Assembly (NCBI GenBank): GCA_040218735.1
Contig: JAVJQW010000044.1
Location: 1-10,736, forward strand
DNA from: Deltaproteobacteria bacterium
GTDB lineage: Bacteria; Myxococcota; Kuafuiibacteriia; Kuafuiibacteriales; Kuafuiibacteriaceae
Direction of reading: 5' to 3'
DNA: 10,736 nucleotides
Numbering within the stretch: position 1 is the stretch's first letter; each line of letters starts with the position of its first letter. The notes beneath the pieces are model-generated. The model was not told the origin of the DNA. It saw only the letters and a program-made list of their open reading frames with translations, and did no database searches. Positions 7,028-10,736 of this stretch are shown in pieces. The position numbers and the translations under genes are program-made.

Positions 7028-7498
7028 ATGATGAAACGAGTACATACGATTCTCACATTCGGAGTCGCACTGATTTGCGCGTCCTGTAGCTCGCCGGATC
7101 CCGCCATCACGGCGGTTACCGTCAACCCGAGCGTGGTTGCACCTGGAGGCGAGATCATCGTGAGCGTCACCGTTGCGGACTTCGAACTCCGCGACCCGCG
7201 CGACGTCGGCGGTTCGCACGGATTACGCGCTGCGGACGACGGAAACGAACATGGCGACGCTACGGACTATCCGAGCGAAGGGCACTTCCATGTGTACTTC
7301 GACACGATCGAGGCGAATCCGCTGCAGCTCGACTGTCCGGACTATTGCATGCATCCGGGGTTCACGCCGAACGTGAGAGCAACGATTTCGTCGTCCGCAG
7401 CGGTCGGCCTGCACGAGGTCATCGTGCTTCTGAACAACAACGCACACATGACTTTGATGCCGCACATTCGAGGTACCGCGGATCTAACGGTTCAGTGA
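7028..7498 (+). CDS. Putative metal-binding lipoprotein, 156 aa (DUF4399/DUF6130-like His pattern)
   Basis: AAAGG SD before ATG 7028/7031. Signal peptide with lipobox-like CAS-C (Cys20), beta-rich body, GHFHVYFD ... GLHEVIVLLNNNAH, and an internal CPDYCMHP. Confidence 0.8.
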   Translation: MMKRVHTILTFGVALICASCSSPDPAITAVTVNPSVVAPGGEIIVSVTVADFELRDPRDVGGSHGLRAADDGNEHGDATDYPSEGHFHVYFDTIEANPLQLDCPDYCMHPGFTPNVRATISSSAAVGLHEVIVLLNNNAHMTLMPHIRGTADLTVQ

Positions 7499-7526
7499 GT
7501 GTGTCTTCGAATGACCACATCCGCCG

Positions 7527-7624
7527 GTAAGCGAGCCAGACCGACGCCGCAGCCCGAGCGCCTCATCGAGGATCGTGTCCACGTGTTGTACGAGGCCGAC
7601 TGCACGTGTGCCGAGTGCGGCGGC
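7527..7624 (+). mobile_element. IS66-family relic: terminus-like GTAAGCG plus a TnpC zinc-finger fragment
   Basis: GTAAGCG at 7527-7533 is the typical start of IS66 inverted repeats. 7541-7624 reads PTPQPERLIEDRVHVLYEADCTCAECGG, resembling the IS66 TnpC linker and zinc finger (P..LP..e..h.l.e....CpeCGg). It ends where ssb homology ends. Confidence 0.6.
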
Positions 7625-7817
7625 AGGTCTCGCCCTGCTTCCCCCAGACGACGATGCGGTGCCAGTCGGTCCGCTCCTGCATCTCGCCATCGGCGTCCTT
7701 CCAACGCTCTGTCGTTGCGATGCGGAAGTTCGCGACGGCTGTCCCGCCCTGCGGGTAGCGCATCTCGGGATCCGCACCGAGGTTCCCCGTCAGCATCACC
7801 TTGTTGAAGTTGCTCAT
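7623..7817 (-). pseudogene. ssb: Single-stranded DNA-binding protein, 3'-truncated after codon 65 (frame runs on to a chance stop at 7563)
   Basis: SD AAAGGAG. MSNFNKVMLTGNLGADPEMRY...VANFRIATTERWKD..GEMQERTDWHRIVVWGKQGETC is the canonical SSB N-half. The expected KG..VYVEG.L.tr.W segment and acidic DDIPF tail are absent in all three minus frames downstream. Confidence 0.9.
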
Positions 7818-7846
7818 CCGTAGCTCCTTTCGGTCCTTCGCTCCGT

Positions 7847-10642
7847 TCAGAGGCTCGTCTGGTAGACGAGCCCGGCTTCACAATCCGGCGCCAGCACTAC
7901 GTCGACCTCGAGGTCGACCAGCGACTCGCGGCGCGCCGTCGCGACGATAGGGGCACTTTCGATCTCGAACGCGCTGATGTACGCGCGCGAGACCCAGCGC
8001 GGGTAGTCGACGGGGTCGTTGTTCGTGATGAAGTCGACACCCTGCCCGTTGTACGTCGGTAGGCGGTACCGCGGCGGCTGCTGCGTTAGCATGTAGCCCG
8101 CGGGCACCGTGACGGCTTCTGACCAGTCGTAGGCGACACCGCCGAAGCGAAGCGCGAGAGCACTGGGCAGCTGGGTGAACAGGACGTTCCTCCCCACAGC
8201 CGGCACCGCGAATTCGCCATCGCCGTTCTGCATGACCGCCGTGTTCGTCGAGTCACGCACCACAACGTCAGGCACGACGGGGACCTCGTCGTTGACCGGG
8301 CCATCCGCCACGCGTGTCCAGAGCACGTCGACCAGGGGTTTCACGCCCGCAACGCAAGCGTCGCTCCACGATCCCATGACGTTCATTCGTCGATGCGCCG
8401 GCGCTGGGCACACGTCGCCGAGTCCCCCCGGCACGAACTGCGGTCCGTAGTGCAGATCCTCGGAGAGCTCCGTGATGCGGCTCGTTACCGGAGCCGCGAT
8501 CTGCACGCGGACCGGATCCATCGGCATCATGCTGATGCCACCGAGCGCATCGAGCCCATAGCGCATGTAGGCGGTCAGGACGTCGACCCCTGGAGCGCCC
8601 GGAGGCCGGGCGTACGCATCCCGCAGCGTTCGGCCGGGAAGCGTAAACTGACTCAGTCCCGGCGACAGCGCACAGCCACCGATCCACACCGGCGGCGACA
8701 GCAGCTCCACGTTGAACTCCACCACGCGCGTGGTGACGTTGCCGGCCTCGTCGACGGCGCGTAGCTCGACGCGATGCACGTCCGCCTCGCGCCCCTCACC
8801 GAGGCGCGCCGACAGCGACTGGTACGACAGCACGAGCTCGTAGAGCGACTGTCCGGGCACGACGTTCACGGGCGTGACCTCGGTCCAAGCCCGATGCTCG
8901 GTCCCGTTCACGAGGTAGCGATACGCGGAGACGTGCGTGCCGGCGGCATCGTTCGCGACCCAGACGAGGCGCGGCAGGTTCGCGGCAAAGTCGTCGAAGC
9001 GGGTGAGGTACTTCGCGAGCGCGATGGGCGCGCCGCTGTCGTCGAGCGTCACCTCCGTCCGGTTCGTCGTCCACTGATAGCTCACCGACGACCCGTCCGC
9101 GGCGTAGACGACCTCGAGGTCGCTCTCCTGCCGATACACCGTCGGCTGTACCGACAGAGTCGGCGGCACGTCGTCGCAGCGCACGTCCATGCTGTCCGTT
9201 CCCGTGTTGCCGGCGGCGTCCGTGGCCAAGACACGCACCGGAACGATCGCGCCGCACGGGATGTCGAGCTCGACATCGAACGCCCCCGTCTCAGGATCTT
9301 CGACGTCGACGCGGCCGTCACCACCGCGGACCACGATGCTTTCGATCGGACCGACCGCGTCCGTCGATGTCCCGACGACACGCACGGTGCCCGTCGCGAC
9401 GACGCCGGCGGCGCTGAAGGTCGATACCGGCGGTGTGTTGTCCGCGACGAAGGGCTTGTCGACGACGGTCGTGTTCCCGAGTGCGTCCGTCACCGTGAGT
9501 CGGATCGAAACCGGTCCGTCGCCCGGCAGCTCGGCCGAGTCGAACGGCCAGCGCTTGTAGTTGTCATCATCGACGATCAACGCGCCGAACGCGAAGTCCG
9601 GCACCTCGACCACCTCCACGCCGAACGCCTCGACCCCCGAGCGATCCTCGGCCCGCGCCTCGACGTGCCAGGAGCCCCGCAGCGGCCGCGACGTGTCGAT
9701 CACGTCGCCGTCGCGCTCCGTCCGAAACTCGAAGTAAGTCACCATCGGGCCTTCGTCATCCACCGGCGGCGCTTCTTCGTCGGGAAAGATCTCCGACCGG
9801 TTCGCGCCGATGGCGTCCGCGAGCGCCGCGAAGTCCTCGGCGACGAGGCCGGTCGTGTTCACATCACTGCGGAGCCAGCTCAAGATCGCTCGGCCGTAGT
9901 CGGTGCGCAGCGTGAAGCCGTCGAGTTGGACCGTCGAGGCGCGCACCGGCCCTTCGTCGCCCTGCCCGTCGAACACCCCGTCCGCGCTGATGTCCAGCGC
10001 TAGCGCGGACATCAGCACCCACGGCGTCAGCAACGTCTCGTTGTTCGCGGCCGCGAGCTCCGCGGCGAGCGCATCGAAGCCGAAGAGGAGGACGCCGACC
10101 ACAACCGCGTCCGTCACGCGGCTCGGGTTCGTGACGAGGAGGTCCTCGGGGGCGAGGCGCCCGTGGTCGAGGCGCCCGAAGTGCGCGTGAAGCAGGCGCC
10201 GCGCCTTCGCGAGCGCGGCATCGCTCTGTAGGCCGGCCTCGAGGAGCTGCTCGGCGTACGCCGTCACCAGGTGCGTGACGGGCGAGACCTGCACGCTCGT
10301 TCGACCCTGGCCCAGCGCGACGTCGTCGACGAGCGCCTCGACGTACGTCGTGTCGTCCACGCGGACGCGCACGAGGACCTCGCCGGCAAACGGACCCACG
10401 TCGCACGACCACGAGCGGTCGCCCTCGGTTTCGGTCGTACACAGCAGGTCGCCGCGGCGACCATTCGTCCAGTCGTGCATGTCCACCTGGCGAGGTTGAT
10501 CGCCGAAGCCCGCGTACAGCCGACCGGACACCACGGTTTCGATCACCGGCGGCGCCGGCGTAGGCTCGGCACAGCCGAGCGCGATGCTCATCGTCGCCAC
10601 GCTCAGCGCGACGACCTTTTCGATCCGACTCAACGATTCCAT
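7847..10642 (-). CDS. Large lipoprotein with bacterial Ig-like repeats, 931 aa
   Basis: SD GAAGGGGA (10655-10648) before ATG 10642 (preferred over the track start at 10729). Lipobox ALG-C. Repeated D..PP domain starts (DDEGP, DNTPP, DDVPP) and A/V.D..GN ends (VTDALGN, ATDAAGN, AVDEAGN) at about 8690-9760. Confidence 0.85.
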   Translation of the reverse strand: MESLSRIEKVVALSVATMSIALGCAEPTPAPPVIETVVSGRLYAGFGDQPRQVDMHDWTNGRRGDLLCTTETEGDRSWSCDVGPFAGEVLVRVRVDDTTYVEALVDDVALGQGRTSVQVSPVTHLVTAYAEQLLEAGLQSDAALAKARRLLHAHFGRLDHGRLAPEDLLVTNPSRVTDAVVVGVLLFGFDALAAELAAANNETLLTPWVLMSALALDISADGVFDGQGDEGPVRASTVQLDGFTLRTDYGRAILSWLRSDVNTTGLVAEDFAALADAIGANRSEIFPDEEAPPVDDEGPMVTYFEFRTERDGDVIDTSRPLRGSWHVEARAEDRSGVEAFGVEVVEVPDFAFGALIVDDDNYKRWPFDSAELPGDGPVSIRLTVTDALGNTTVVDKPFVADNTPPVSTFSAAGVVATGTVRVVGTSTDAVGPIESIVVRGGDGRVDVEDPETGAFDVELDIPCGAIVPVRVLATDAAGNTGTDSMDVRCDDVPPTLSVQPTVYRQESDLEVVYAADGSSVSYQWTTNRTEVTLDDSGAPIALAKYLTRFDDFAANLPRLVWVANDAAGTHVSAYRYLVNGTEHRAWTEVTPVNVVPGQSLYELVLSYQSLSARLGEGREADVHRVELRAVDEAGNVTTRVVEFNVELLSPPVWIGGCALSPGLSQFTLPGRTLRDAYARPPGAPGVDVLTAYMRYGLDALGGISMMPMDPVRVQIAAPVTSRITELSEDLHYGPQFVPGGLGDVCPAPAHRRMNVMGSWSDACVAGVKPLVDVLWTRVADGPVNDEVPVVPDVVVRDSTNTAVMQNGDGEFAVPAVGRNVLFTQLPSALALRFGGVAYDWSEAVTVPAGYMLTQQPPRYRLPTYNGQGVDFITNNDPVDYPRWVSRAYISAFEIESAPIVATARRESLVDLEVDVVLAPDCEAGLVYQTSL

Positions 10643-10653
10643 CTGATTCCCCT

Positions 10654-10736
10654 TCACTGCTGCAGCACGTAGCGCTGCATCGCCGCGCAGCTGTCGTCTC
10701 GACGCAGCGGCACGGCCAAGAACGACCACCCCAGCG
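10654..10736 (-). CDS. 3' end of an upstream hypothetical gene (partial)
   Basis: Minus frame from 10734 reads LGWSFLAVPLRRDDSCAAMQRYVLQQ* with GC-rich third positions. Its TGA (10656-10654) overlaps the SD of the Ig lipoprotein, as expected in an operon. Confidence 0.45.
   Translation of the reverse strand, partial: LGWSFLAVPLRRDDSCAAMQRYVLQQ

Noticed and set aside
7031-7060. Shared MKRV start of CzcB and the downstream lipoprotein as a duplication
   Set aside because: Codons differ and MKR is a generic signal-peptide start.
7484-7622. Programmed or simple frameshift restoring full-length SSB
   Set aside because: Neither alternative minus frame (AALGTRAVGLVQHV..., PPHSAHVQSASYNTW...) contains the SSB C-half.
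7499-7807. 102-aa plus-strand ORF as a zinc-finger gene
   Set aside because: Chimera of the IS66-like fragment and antisense ssb, with only one CxxC.
8774-10003. 409-aa plus-strand ORF
   Set aside because: Antisense shadow of the Ig-repeat lipoprotein.
10661-10708. Short hairpins (TGCAGC/GCTGCA and GCTG-CGTC/GACG-CAGC) as oriT or ssDNA promoter
   Set aside because: Short stems inside a probable coding 3' end, expected by chance at this GC content.
1-10736. CRISPR array, tRNA/rRNA, second IS66 end (CGCTTAC) or target-site duplication
   Set aside because: None found by eye.

Overview
High-GC window that looks like part of a conjugative or integrative element; a Myxococcota-like host is my impression, not demonstrated. 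Left backbone (+): 3' end of an ArdC antirestriction gene, a 78-aa protein with a QLSLF beta-clamp motif, and a winged-helix-like gene that has lost its stop. Centre (+): a heavy-metal efflux cassette made of a His/Cys-rich leader ORF ending in RPP, czcC-czcB-czcA, and a His/Cys-rich lipoprotein. Right backbone (-): a 931-aa Ig-repeat lipoprotein followed by an ssb gene truncated after codon 65. Both cassette edges carry short scars: an FGE-sulfatase relic at 767-830 and an IS66-like relic at 7527-7624. The most interesting candidate is metal-responsive leader-peptide control of czcCBA: the leader's RPP codons can pair with the czcC Shine-Dalgarno, and no protein regulator is encoded in the cassette. 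All family calls come from motif recognition by eye, with no database searches.
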